From positions 27,642,382-27,693,445 of the forward strand of contig NC_068995.1 of NCBI RefSeq assembly GCF_001194135.2: a DNA stretch of 51,064 bases. The letters are read 5' to 3'. The notes under the pieces were generated by a model. It ran no database searches. It worked only from the letters and a program-made list of their open reading frames with translations, and was not told the origin of the DNA. Made by a program: the position numbers and the translations under genes. Each line of letters starts with the position of its first letter. The first letter of the stretch is position 1. Positions 23,340 through 36,047 of this stretch are shown one piece after another. The DNA comes from Octopus bimaculoides. Lineage: Eukaryota.

Positions 23340-24985
23340 TGAACTAAAGGAAGATGGAAAAATGACGCAGAAGGTGGGTGGTGACGTGAAGTTGTTGCCC
23401 CCTAAAAGAATCATGGAGCAAATGGAGAGGAAAACTATCACCTATAAGGTGTACCCGCTAAAGAGCAAAAGGGCTGAACAAGTGGAGGCGGAAATAGAAA
23501 AAGCGCTGAGGAAGCAGTCAAAGCAAATGGTGTACATGACCAAGGGAAGTAAATACAGGACAGTGGTCGTCCAGTTTAGGACAGTGGAGGAGGCTGGCGA
23601 ATGTTGTGGCGAGGACGGAAGAGGTGGTGCTTCTCCCCACATATCTTGGAAGAAAGACTTCCAAGGTAAGGGTGGAAGCAATCCCACCTGATATTGAAGT
23701 GGCTTGGGTCACGGCAGCCGTCCTCGTTGGAAGTGAGGAGGTGGCTGTCCTCCAAGCCACGGAAACGGAAGAAGGAGGATGGAGAGGGAAATCACTGGAT
23801 CTCATCCTGCAGGCGGATGAGAAGCAACTAGAAAGTTTAGCAGAGACCGTGACGCTGGGAGAAATAGTGTTCAGAGTGTGGGTGGAGGGCAGAATCTCAC
23901 ATTGTTTTAAATGTGGCCAAAAGGGCCACATTAGAGCACACTGCCCTCTACAGAAGAAAAGAATAGATGAAACAACAGACAAACCAGTTGTGGAGACGGA
24001 GGAGAAAAGAGAGGAAGAAAAGAAAGATGGAGGAAAGGAGGAAGAATGGGCAATAGCAGAGAGTAGAAGGAAGAAGAGGAAGAAAAGAAAGAACACGGAG
24101 TGTGATGTGGTAATCCAATCCAACCCCATCCCACCCAAGCCCACTCAGACCCACCCGCCCTATACAGACACCAGACCCACCCACCCCCTTTCCCNNNNNN
24201 NNNNNNNNNNNNNNNNNNNNNNNNNNNNNNNNNNNNNNNNNNNNNNNNNNNNNNNNNNNNNNNNNNNNNNNNNNNNNNNNNNNNNNNNNNNNNNNNNNNN
24301 NNNNNNNNNNNNNNNNNNNNNNNNNNNNNNNNNNNNNNNNNNNNNNNNNNNNNNNNNNNNNNNNNNNNNNNNNNNNNNNNNNNNNNNNNNNNNNNNNNNN
24401 NNNNNNNNNNNNNNNNNNNNNNNNNNNNNNNNNNNNNNNNNNNNNNNNNNNNNNNNNNNNNNNNNNNNNNNNNNNNNNNNNNNNNNNNNNNNNNNNNNNN
24501 NNNNNNNNNNNNNNNNNNNNNNNNNNNNNNNNNNNNNNNNNNNNNNNNNNNNNNNNNNNNNNNNNNNNNNNNNNNNNNNNNNNNNNNNNNNNNNNNNNNN
24601 NNNNNNNNNNNNNNNNNNNNNNNNNNNNNNNNNNNNNNNNNNNNNNNNNNNTTTAAAAGACCCCTCCGCCGGTGAAAAAGGTTATGAGAGAGTGTGTCAT
24701 TGAGCGATAGCGAGAACGGAAATAGAAGGACTAGACCAGAGACTAAAAAGGAATTAGGACCTAAAGGCAACGAGTGGTGTTACTCAAAGTGGGGTGAGTA
24801 GCACACTCTTCATATTTCCATTTTCAGATATCATTCATGTTATCATATTTTTTAATTTGTTATTCACGTGCATTTTCATGTATCATTCATTATATCATAA
24901 TTTATTTTTATATTTTTAATTGTTCTATGTCCCCACATGTGTTGTAGTGTCCCCTCTGTGTACTGCTCATGTGGCAAATTTTATG
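23340..24985 (+). mobile_element. Non-LTR retrotransposon remnant: ORF1 with CCHC zinc knuckle (Tx1/L1-like), gapped
   Basis: CFKCGQKGHIRAHC, followed by an acidic/basic tract; -1 frameshift near 23690; AATAAA at ~24987. Confidence 0.7.
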
Positions 24986-24989
24986 AAAT

Positions 24990-25360
24990 AAAGAAGCTTG
25001 CTTCCCAACTAAATGGTTTTCGGTTCAGTCCCACTGCATGGCACCTTGGCCAAGTGCCTCCTACTAGTCTCGGGCCAACCAAAGCCTTGCAAGTGGACTT
25101 GGTAGATGGAAACTGAACGAAACTCGTCTTATATATATATTTGTGTGTTTATGTCTGTGTTTGTTCCCCCACCACCATTGCTTGACAACTGATGTAGGTG
25201 TGTTTATGTCCTTGTAACTTAGTGGATTAGCAAAAGACATTGACGGAATAAGTACTAGGCTTACAAAGAATAAGTGCTGGGGTTGATTTGTTCAACTAAT
25301 ACCCCTTAAGGTGGTCCTCCAGCATGGCCACAGTCAAATGGCTGAAACAAATAAAAGAAT
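24990..25360 (+). mobile_element. tRNA-derived SINE
   Basis: Same family as 6095-6460, opposite orientation. Confidence 0.8.
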
Positions 25361-25910
25361 ATATATTTTTTTTTTTACAATTATTTTGCCTTTATGTTTA
25401 CAAATTTGTCAAAAAATTCTGTTTTAATTAAAAATTTTTTTAATAAAAAAATGGTAGAATATTGTCTGCATTGATTAAAAAAATGAAAAAAACAAAAAAA
25501 AAATTTGGAAAATATAGTAGGGTAAAAGGTATTTCTAAATAAAATTAAAATACCTTTTTCATTACTATCTTCCTCAAATTATGGAGGCAACACCAGTTTG
25601 TGCATGTCACCTTCTTCCCCAACACATCTAAGCAACAACCTTTCCATCCCTCACTTTTCTAACTGTCCTAAAGAAGAGGTCATAGCCTGAAATATAGAAC
25701 CACAAGGTAAAACAACTTTATTTTGTTTTGTTTTCTTTTTTGTAGTTTATATCTTCTCACATTGTTTCAGCCTTATTCAACAAATTTCTTTAATGCTAAT
25801 CTTTTGGTTTTCTTAAATATTTAAAATTGTTTCTGTCATCAATATTTTTGATGTATTACAATTTGTTGTTTAAAATAAAATATAGATTAAGCGTATGTTT
25901 CTATTTACTA

Positions 25911-26030
25911 CTAGCAGTATAGCCCGGCTTTGCCCAGGATTAAGTTGGGATTATTAAGCTAATCAAGTTCTTTATTTCAAACCAAACTAAGTAACATGAC
26001 GTCAAATTTGGGCAGAATCAGTGTTGCAAC
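25911..26030 (-). mobile_element. Helitron 3' end
   Basis: Minus strand hairpin CCTGG-GCAAAG-CCGGG, followed about 10 nt later by CTAG|T at 25911. Confidence 0.6.
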
Positions 26031-27213
26031 TGTAGCGCACGGGTTGAGAGTTTGATCGGCAGAGGTGATCAGGTTACACATGCCATCCCTTTGAAAACAC
26101 CACCGCCATCATCTAACCCCTCTTTGCTCATGGGTTAGGAACCCTTCCAGCAAGGAAAATAGAATGACCAAAAGGGCTCCCGATTCTCTGTGTCAGAAGC
26201 AGTTCTGTTCAGATCACAACAAAGNNNNNNNNNNNNNNNNNNNNNNNNNNNNNNNNNNNNNNNNNNNNNNNNNNNNNNNNNNNNNNNNNNNNNNNNNNNN
26301 NNNNNNNNNNNNNNNNNNNNNNNNNNNNNNNNNNNNNNNNNNNNNNNNNNNNNNNNNNNNNNNNNNNNNNNNNNNNNNNNNNNNNNNNNNNNNNNNNNNN
26401 NNNNNNNNNNNNNNNNNNNNNNNNNNNNNNNNNNNNNNNNNNNNNNNNNNNNNNNNNNNNNNNNNNNNNNNNNNNNNNNNNNNNNNNNNNNNNNNNNNNN
26501 NNNNNNNNNNNNNNNNNNNNNNNNNNNNNNNNNNNNNNNNNNNNNNNNNNNNNNNNNNNNNNNNNNNNNNNNNNNNNNNNNNNNNNNNNNNNNNNNNNNN
26601 NNNNNNNNNNNNNNNNNNNNNNNNNNNNNNNNNNNNNNNNNNNNNNNNNNNNNNNNNNNNNNNNNNNNNNNNNNNNNNNNNNNNNNNNNNNNNNNNNNNN
26701 NNNNNNNNNNNNNNNNNNNNNNNNNNNNNNNNNNNNNNNNNNNNNNNNNNNNNNNNNNNNNNNNNNNNNNNNNNNNNNNNNNNNNNNNNNNNNNNNNNNN
26801 NNNNNNNNNNNNNNNNNNNNNNNNNNNNNNNNNNNNNNNNNNNNNNNNNNNNNNNNNNNNNNNNNNNNNNNNNNNNNNNNNNNNNNNNNNNNNNNNNNNN
26901 NNNNNNNNNNNNNNNNNNNNNNNNNNNNNNNNNNNNNNNNNNNNNNNNNNNNNNNNNNNNNNNNNNNNNNNNNNNNNNNNNNNNNNNNNNNNNNNNNNNN
27001 NNNNNNNNNNNNNNNNNNNNNNNNNNNNNNNNNNNNNNNNNNNNNNNNNNNNNNNNNNNNNNNNNNNNNNNNNNNNCTGCTCTCTCACATTAACAAAAGA
27101 ACTTCACATACACACCACACTTTCTGTCTTGCATACTCACTATGAAAAGATAGCGTCTATTTCTTTTTGGCAACATGTGTTTTGTGTGTAATGTTGCTGT
27201 GTGTGTGTGTGTG

Positions 27214-27247
<34 letters not shown>

Positions 27248-27409
27248 TGAGATGACTGGTATGTGTATGTAAGGGAGGGAGAGATAGATAGAGAGAGAGA
27301 GGGTATTTTTTCTGTTTGCTTGCTGCTTACCACACAGACGCTGGCAAACAAAATGTATGTCTCCTTCACCCTACCTCTCACAAACATACAATTTCTCTCT
27401 CTCTCTACT

Positions 27410-27620
27410 TCATGCATGTACGCACAGATTTGACTTCGCCATGTCAACAAACTTCAAAATTGGTAAAAGTTTATCGATTTTTACAGGTATACGCGGGTAC
27501 CTCTGAGAGCGAAAGTTCACTAAAATGCACATAGGGTCATTCCGAATCTTCTCCTAAAATTGGAGCGACATGCGTGCTAATTTGTGGACGTGCATAAACC
27601 ACATTCACGTACACACACAC
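27410..27620. promoter_or_regulatory. CpG-enriched promoter-like island with DRE-like TATCGATT and overlapping ATGs
   Basis: TATCGATT at 27472; minus strand gacATGGCG at 27442 then GTGCGT; plus strand gccATG at 27441. Confidence 0.4.
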
Positions 27621-30473
27621 ACACACAAACATCCTCTCTTTTATATATATACAGATACTATTTTCAGTTTTGGAAAAACATATTACTGATGACTTTGATT
27701 TAGTACCTGTCACTGTTGCTGGTGCTCCACCCTCTCCCACACAACCTTTAACATTTAGTTTTATTTTTCTTTATCTTTCAGTTTGTCTATGACCACCAAT
27801 TTTCAGCTCTTTCTGTTAAAGATAAATTGTTATTTCAGCAGATGTCTGCTATCATAATTTCTTGACTGTGAATAGGTGGATGTAAAAAGAAAAATTGAAA
27901 ATAAAAAATGTTGAAGCAAAAACAAAACTCAAGGGTCATCACAGACATCTTAATTGCAACCAAAAATATCCACTTCTTACACAAAATGATGCCATTTTGA
28001 TTAACAAAAATGAAAGTAGTGTCTTAAGCTCAAGCATCATCTTAAGATTGTTTGAATTTTGAAGACAACTATGAAATACATAATTCCTTTTCAAATTATT
28101 AATTTTCCTGAAGCTTCTCTAGAAGCCCCATTAATGTAAAATATAGTATTGAAGAAAAGTAATTTTATGGAAATGAAATTTTTAATCTCTAATTGTTGAT
28201 TTGCTGTTAATCACTTGAACTCTTTTCTATTAACATTTGATTAACTTTGGTAGTAGGCCAACTTATCTTCCCCAGATGTAGGAGTAACAGTGCCTGGCTT
28301 AGAATAACTTTTGTGGAATTAAACAAAGTGAGTCAACAGTGTTATTAAGAGTTCCTGATTCCTTTTATTTTTGAGACTATATTCTTTTTGCTTCTATTCA
28401 GACTACATTATTCTCAAACAGAATATCAAATATGTCACTAGAAATTCATCTGTATAGACCACATAAGAAAAATTTCCAAAGAAAGAAGTTGGAAAAGTCT
28501 TACAGGATTTACCTTTACTTCAAAAAGGGAAAACTAAGAAGCCAATGATGAATCAGTATCTAATGTCTCTTCTGAGGAATTAGCTGCACTCCCAAGTACA
28601 ATTGCAGAAAATAGGAATAACATGTCAACTCAAAGTATTGAAGATGATAGATCATCACCTCCAACAGACATAAATTATGAAGTGCCATTATGGGATTTGG
28701 ATCCAATTTCAGTCAAAATTAGCTATAAAAATCCTCTGACTCCTACCCAGAATCTTGACAGCATTATCAATTGAATGAAGGCAAACTGGATGGGTACTGC
28801 TGTTATTTTTAAAATTCAATGTTTTATACAATTCATGACAATCGTGAGCAGAATTTAAGAAAGTGGCTCCTGTATAACCCATCAAAGGGTGCAAGTTATT
28901 GCTTTTATGTACATTGATGCCAAGCTGACATAAGAGGTTTTTCAACCAGGATGACTTTAATGATTGGAAGAAAGCAGATTCCCACAGGGAATCTTCTTGT
29001 GTTAACTGGCAGTTGGGAAAACAACTGCAGGAAAACAAGAAATACTGGACTGAAGTATTGCACCATGTTATATCTTTGGCAATATTTCTAGCCAAGTAAG
29101 TCCTGGTCAGGGAAGAGATCATAGGATTTATGCTCAATTGGAATTTGCTTTAGGAATTCCGGAACTTATTGCACAATTTGATCTATTTATGATGGGTCAC
29201 TGAAAGCATTTGGCAATCCTGGAAGTGGTAAACAGTCATACATAATACCTGCCATCTATGAAGAAACTATTCTGTTGATGGCAAAATATGTTAAGGATTG
29301 TATTGTAGCAGAACTTAAAATAGCCAGGTATTTTTTAGTTTATGTAGATTCAACATCAGACCAGACTCATGTTGACCAGCTAACAGTTATTGTGCTTTAT
29401 GTTGTTTCTGGTATGTTGATAGAAAGGTTTTTAACTTTCCTGCAAACTGGTTCTCACAAAGTTGAAGTACTCATGACATCTCATAGAATTTCTAAAAAAA
29501 ATAGGGCACAAATTTTGAAGACACAATACCAATAATATGTCCAGTCACTATACACAATGCCAATATGTCCAGTCACTATACAGACATAAAGTAAAGAAGC
29601 TAACTGCAGTTTTTACTCCCTGTACTGCTCATTGATTGAACTTTGTTGGACAAGCTGCAACATCTTACTGTATTGAACCTGTCTAATATTTTGGCTTCAT
29701 ATAAATGTTATACGCAATTTTTTTCTATGTTAATACATAGATGGGCACATTTAAATGAGATCTTTGGGAAAAAATAAAAGAGCACAAATTTTGGAGTCCT
29801 TGTCAGGCAGTTGTTGGTCAGTAAGAGCTGATGCTACTGAAGTCTCATAAATAATATAACTGCATAAAAAATACTCTCATAGATATTGAAGATAATTTAG
29901 GACATGTGAAGCAAGATTTGAAGTGCAGACATTTTCAGACAAAATGGACTGTCTTGAAACTGCTCTGATGGCTAAGACCCAGAATTTAATTCTTGTACAG
30001 TTCAACATTACAAATATAAATTTCTAAAATCACTTCAGGAGAGGTATGAAGAGTTGGCTTGGATGTCAGGAACATGTTTGGAAACACAGACTCAAAGCAA
30101 CAACAGGAAGACTATGTAAGAGAAAGAAACATGATGCAATTCCAGCATCAGCTTCAAAAGAAGTTGTTCTTTTTGCAAGAGAAAAATTCAGGTGCAGGAC
30201 TTTTGATGTTATTTTGGACCAGTTGTCTATTGCCTTACAAAAACACAAGGGAGCTTATCAATCAGTGCATGACAAAGTTCAAAGTCATTGTCAATTTTGT
30301 AGCCTGCCTGATGCAGAGATAAGAACTGAAGTTGAGAAAATGTTTTCCCCTGTGATCTTGGTGATGTTTCCATTGAAGAAATTGTTTACTTTGCAGGCTT
30401 TTGTACTCTTAAGTCATTTCATTCTCCATCTCAACAGGTACTTTTAATCTATAATGAAAGACTTGCTGATACC

Positions 30474-32985
30474 CAGAGCTGGGTGTAAATCCATTAATCC
30501 ATTAACCGTAAATTAACGAAGTTAACATTTTTGTTAACGATTTAACTTTTAAGTTAACTTTGAAAACCATTATTGGACTAATTAACTGCTATTACATTTA
30601 GCTTCCATTAACTCAAGTTCGTTAATCCAAAAATTTCATAAAAACCGGTAAACATTTAAAAGTTTCTAGTGTTTTCAGATTGTCTTAGCATAGTTAATAT
30701 TTATGTGTCATTCTTTCAACCCTGGTATANNNNNNNNNNNNNNNNNNNNNNNNNNNNNNNNNNNNNNNNNNNNNNNNNNNNNNNNNNNNNNNNNNNNNNN
30801 NNNNNNNNNNNNNNNNNNNNNNNNNNNNNNNNNNNNNNNNNNNNNNNNNNNNNNNNNNNNNNNNNNNNNNNNNNNNNNNNNNNNNNNNNNNNNNNNNNNN
30901 NNNNNNNNNNNNNNNNNNNNNNNNNNNNNNNNNNNNNNNNNNNNNNNNNNNNNNNNNNNNNNNNNNNNNNNNNNNNNNNNNNNNNNNNNNNNNNNNNNNN
31001 NNNNNNNNNNNNNNNNNNNNNNNNNNNNNNNNNNNNNNNNNNNNNNNNNNNNNNNNNNNNNNNNNNNNNNNNNNNNNNNNNNNNNNNNNNNNNNNNNNNN
31101 NNNNNNNNNNNNNNNNNNNNNNNNNNNNNNNNNNNNNNNNNNNNNNNNNCGGAAGAAATTATTCCACAGCGAGGTACGAAATATTTACCGAAAGAATAAA
31201 ATCTTGTGCTGATGATACCTGTATTTTAATTAATTCAAATTAATGTACGTCATCTTGAAAAGTGGCAAAATTATGTCGGTTACCATCTGGGATAATTTTA
31301 GTAACAAATCAAACAGGTAAGATGCATTAAGAATTTCTATTTTAGTATTTATCCATAATGTTATTGCTTTTACACCTGTCAATTAAATTCACCTGCCCAT
31401 AAATGTCAAATTTACTCATCAAGATCAGCTAAAATTAGATAACTATAAACCAGTGGTATATAAAGCACCCACTGACAAAATTTCAAATCTGTATGTAAAA
31501 AATTTACAAAGTTATAAGCAAATACTGTGGACACCCCACTTGAACCTGAATAATTCAAAAGAATGTGAACAAATAAACATTACATTTGACAGATTAATAT
31601 TAACACTAAAGATGTTTTTAGGTGTTTTTTTTTCTTGCACACACACACACACACATAATATGGCATTCCTTGGTTGGGACTACATGTGTGTTAGTTTGAC
31701 ATCATCATTCCATAAAATCTGTTTATGGGAAGAAAAATACTGAAAAATATCAATGGATGCATGAGTGAGAAAGAAATGAGGAGGGAGGTTTTGGGATGTG
31801 CTAGAAACAACAGCCATATCTCCCTTAAATCACACATTTTCCTCTGAAATTATTAACAATTTTTTAAAAACTGAAAATGTTTCCCCCATGGGTTTTAAGT
31901 GTGTAGTGAAAAAAAAAACGGCCAAAATCGTTTTGGACTGGAGTAGTGAGGAGGTGGTGGGAGTGAAACAAATTTCTTTGTAACTGTTTGAAAGGTATTT
32001 GTTTTTTTATGTTCTTTTTCTTCTTATATTTGTTTGTCATTTGACTGTAGCCATGCTGGANNNNNNNNNNNNNNNNNNNNNNNNNNNNNNNNNNNNNNNN
32101 NNNNNNNNNNNNNNNNNNNNNNNNNNNNNNNNNNNNNNNNNNNNNNNNNNNNNNNNNNNNNNNNNNNNNNNNNNNNNNNNNNNNNNNNNNNNNNNNNNNN
32201 NNNNNNNNNNNNNNNNNNNNNNNNNNNNNNNNNNNNNNNNNNNNNNNNNNNNNNNNNNNNNNNNNNNNNNNNNNNNNNNNNNNNNNNNNNNNNNNNNNNN
32301 NNNNNNNNNNNNNNNNNNNNNNNNNNNNNNNNNNNNNNNNNNNNNNNNNNNNNNNNNNNNNNNNNNNNNNNNNNATATATATATATATATATATACACAC
32401 ATGTATATATATACACAATGGTCTTCTTTCAGATTCTGTCTACCAAATCCACTCACAAGGCTTTGGTCAACCTGAGGTGATAGTAGAAGACACTTGCCCA
32501 AGGTGCCACACAGTGGGACTGAACCCGGAACCATGTGTTTGGTAAGCAAGCTACTTACCACATAGCCACTCCTGCACCTGTGTAAAATTTGTATAAAATT
32601 TGATTAAAATATACCTATTGTCTAGAAAGTTATGAGGGGGAAAATTTTGGGTCCTGTGAATTTTCCGAAACTCCTCTCCCCAAACCCTCGGAAAATTTCT
32701 TCCAATAAATCTTTACATACAGTCAACGTACAGGATATAAGCAATTATTTTGTGAAAGTTTTGTTAAATAGTATCCATTTTTCTGGAAGTTATGAGGCAG
32801 CAAAGTTGGTGGGGTATTAAACTGTAGTTATATCCTTTTCAATAAAAGTTAACATTAATGGATTAACTCTCGCTAACTTCCATTACATTTTCAAAGTATT
32901 AACAGATTAACGATTAATGAAGTTAACTTTTTGTTTAACGGATTAATGAATAATGAAGTTAACTTAAATTTTTTAGATGCCAAGT
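30474..32985. mobile_element. Non-autonomous DNA element with TTAAC-rich subterminal repeats, nested in the hAT; carries gaps and a SINE
   Basis: Starts CAGAGCTGGG; 30490-30630 and 32825-32965 are inversely related arrays of ttaac/gttaa; the right end is degenerate. Confidence 0.5.
32030..32580 (-). mobile_element. tRNA-derived SINE (gapped)
   Basis: Matches 6095-6460. Confidence 0.75.
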
Positions 32986-33769
32986 GTAAAAGGAAAGAAC
33001 TTTTTTTAGATATTGAAGAAATATATAGCTGGGAAGTGGTAAAATTTGCTGTACATAGTTTTGGTATTAAATTTTGCATTGACATGTATTTAAACTTTCT
33101 ATGTGCTTATTTAACATTTTCAGTTACAGGCAGTAGACAGGCTTTGAGATATAAATTTGTTAATTTGTCTTGTGTATGAAGGGTTCCCTGAACTTGAAGT
33201 GTATAAGGCCTCCCAAGATTTAAATTCAGCTCTGTTCTACAGATGGATCATCTGACCATAATGTAATTAATTCTTGGATGGAATCAGTGAAACATTATAT
33301 GCAGCATAGCTGGACCTTTAAATCACATGTACAATCCATCCAGCAAGTTTCCATACAGTTTCTCTCAACCCAATTTCATTCACAGGGATTAGGTTAACTC
33401 AAAAGATTCTAACTCCAGATACATCACAGGGGGATAGAACTTAGAATCTTGTGATTGTGAAGTGAACTTCTTCAGTGTTTGGCTCTGCTGTGTTCATAAT
33501 ACTATGGGTCACCACTACCATTTCCATCTTTAATGCAAGTACACCACCAAAACTAAAACTAATATAAATACAACCAACACCACAAGCAATATTGTCCTGC
33601 TAACTCTTTAATGACCAACAACAAGAGTACCAAGATAGCTATGTCAGATGTCAGTGTATCTTTGGCTAATGTTAATTTTGTAGCTACATATATGGTACAT
33701 GTTATAACACAGTGGAATGAGAACTCTGATACATGTATATGTATGTACTCTTTTTCTTTTACTCTTTTA

Positions 33770-34085
33770 TTTGTTTCAGTCATTTGACCGTGGTCATGCT
33801 GGAGCACCACCTTTAGTCGAACAAATCGACTCCAGGACTTATTCTTTGTAATCCTAGTACTTATTCTATCGGTTTCTTTTGCCAAACTGCTATGTTACAG
33901 GGACATAAACACATCAGCATCGGTTGTCAAGTGATAGTGGAGAGACAAACACAGACAACAGACACACACACACACACATACATATATACGATGGGCTTCT
34001 TTCAGTTTACGTCTACCAAATCCACTTACAAGTCTTTGGTCAGCCCTAGGCTATAGTAGAGGACACTTGCCCAAGGTGCCACTGT
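33770..34085 (-). mobile_element. tRNA-derived SINE, 5'-truncated
   Basis: Matches 6095-6400. Confidence 0.75.
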
Positions 34086-34117
34086 GTTTGTATAATTTTT
34101 AGTCTTATGGTTTAGTC

Positions 34118-34860
34118 CAGTTGTTCTCAACATTTTTTTTCGTATGGACTCTTTTGGTTTTTATTTTCTTCTGGTGAACCTCCATAAACATTAAATTTAA
34201 AAAAAAAAATTTTTTGTATTTTTATAATCAAATATTATTAGGAATTGTATTAAAAAATTGTTAAAATATTTTGTGCATTGTCAAATGCACATAAACTAAC
34301 TAAATTCTATGGAAAATTAATGTTCACTAGTAAAATAAGTTATAAATGTACAAGGACAAATTTATTAAAAAAAAAATACTACTTTAGTGCTACTTTATCC
34401 CATGCAAGCCTTGTGGTTGATGTTTCTCTGCTAGTTTTGTAATATTTGGCTCCAATGTTATTGATAATAACTGAAGATCACATCTCTGTACAATATCAAG
34501 TTATAATAAGCATTCAATAGAAAGTTAGAGACAAGGCTGAAACCAGATTCAAAAAGGTAAGATGATGGAAAAGCAATAACATACAACTGCACTTTCTTCC
34601 AGAGTAGTAGAAATGTTTTTTTGTAGTGTCATTACTTTTCTCTGCATTATGCTTCCCATCTTAGAAATTAGACAGTTTACACTATACAATGTTCAATTAT
34701 GTTAAGTGTTAGAGAAAGAAACCTAGTTGTTTCTTACAATAAGTTCATCTAATGTAAAGTTTTTACATGGATCCTTAAAATACTACCATGACACCCAGTT
34801 TATTATTTTACTTGTGTGGACCCCACAATATTTTATATATATCCCATTTGAGAACCATTA
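34118..34860 (-). mobile_element. hAT-Charlie-like remnant
   Basis: Ends CAGTTGTTCTCAAC and TTTGAGAACCATTA; minus strand IAFPSSYLFESGFS and LEPNITKLAEKHQPQGLH match a hAT C-terminus. Confidence 0.7.
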
Positions 34861-35144
34861 ATCAGAGGAAGTATGTGCATGTCTAGTTAAAAGGCTCTCT
34901 GAAAGGGCTTTCTTTTTGATGTACAATATGACCATAATATTTTGATTCTGTAGTCACTCAAGTGGAAAAAAGAAGAAAAGTTATGAAAAAGCCAAGAAAA
35001 CCAAACATATTATGAAGCCAACCTTTTGAAAAAAGCCACATTTTCGAATTTTGTTTTTCTTTCAACTGAACTTACATTTATCTCCCCTTAAAAAGGGAGA
35101 TAAAATAGTTTCTAGCTCTCTAGTTAAAATTGTAGTGAATTGTG

Positions 35145-35175
35145 ATGGCGTGTGTTGATATGGCGGTAAATTCAG
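35145..35175 (+). CDS. NUP205: Nucleoporin NUP205, coding exon 1
   Basis: ATG GCG TGT GTT GAT ATG GCG GTA AAT TCA G|gtagga (MACVDMAVNS-G); the AVNS motif resembles the vertebrate N-terminus and its phase 1 fits exon 2. Confidence 0.75.
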
Positions 35176-35654
35176 GTAGGATTCTAAAAACAGTTTGCTG
35201 TTTTTTTCTATGAGAAAGGGTTAATTTTATGATATTGTATTTCTTGTTACACTTCAATTTTTTTATGTACTTTATTATTATTATTATTTATTTTGCATTT
35301 ATCTTAATCAATGCTCGCATGGTTTTTGTGTTTAATTTGTCAGTATAATGCCAAATTTTGCTCAAACTATCCAAATGCAATGGAAACACGCCATAATATT
35401 AATCAGCTTGTGAAAACATTTTTTTATTCGTCTATTTTTAAAATTTCATTTAAAAGAACATGATCAAGTGATGTTATTTCTAATCAGACGTGATATTGAA
35501 TTATATTTCTTAATAGGAAGCCACAGAGTGGGTTCTAAATGGCCTAATAGAGGAAAATCTGTTTTCAGTTATCAACCTGGACGAATACAGTATAGATTTT
35601 AGGCTAATACTCATTTTTGGAAAATTTTCACTTTTCAAAGTATGTATTCGGTAG

Positions 35655-36047
35655 AGACGGACTATATGTAATCTGAACCTTTCCCCCCCTTATTTATTTA
35701 TTTTTTTTACGGAATCCCACGTTCTAGGCTATGGAGATTACGATTCTGAAAAAAAAATTTTTGAAAAATTTCAACCCCCCCACCAAGCAGGCTATTTACA
35801 TGCTAGAAATAACAGCCAAATCTCACAAAACTAGTGTTAGGGTTAGGTTTAGGGTTAGGGTTAGGGTTTGAGTTAGGGTTAGGTTTACTCTGTGGATCTA
35901 TATAAAAACCGGGGCGGTGGGGGATCGAAATTTTGAAATAGAGATTTTTGAAAATTCTTTTTCAGAATCGGAATCTCCATAGCCTAAAACGTGGGATTCC
36001 GTAAAAAAAACAAGGGGGGAAAGGTTCAGATTACATATAGTCCATCT
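35655..36047. mobile_element. MITE with ~110-bp TIRs and internal TTAGGG-type repeats
   Basis: AGA(C/T)GGACTATATGTAATCTGAACCTTTCCCCCC...GGAATCCCACGTT.TAGGCTATGGAGATT at both ends in inverted orientation. Confidence 0.85.

Larger units (their letters stand above)
28400..33235 (+). mobile_element. Decayed hAT (ZMYM1-like) transposase interrupted by a nested insertion
   Basis: FNDWKKA, YWTEVLHHVISLA, ARYFLVYVDSTSDQTHVDQL, FRCRTFDVILDQL; apparently resumes after ~32990. Confidence 0.75.

Noticed and set aside
31240-31320. Exon-like YVILKSGKIMSVTIWDNFSNKSN ending at a GTAAGA donor
   Set aside because: No convincing acceptor or partner exon, and it lies inside a nested TE.
34420-34665. Apparent minus-strand exons with good splice signals
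   Set aside because: They translate to hAT transposase C-terminal motifs within a Charlie-like element.
35837-35883. True telomere or chromosome-fusion site
   Set aside because: Short, degenerate and enclosed by TIRs, so it is part of a MITE.
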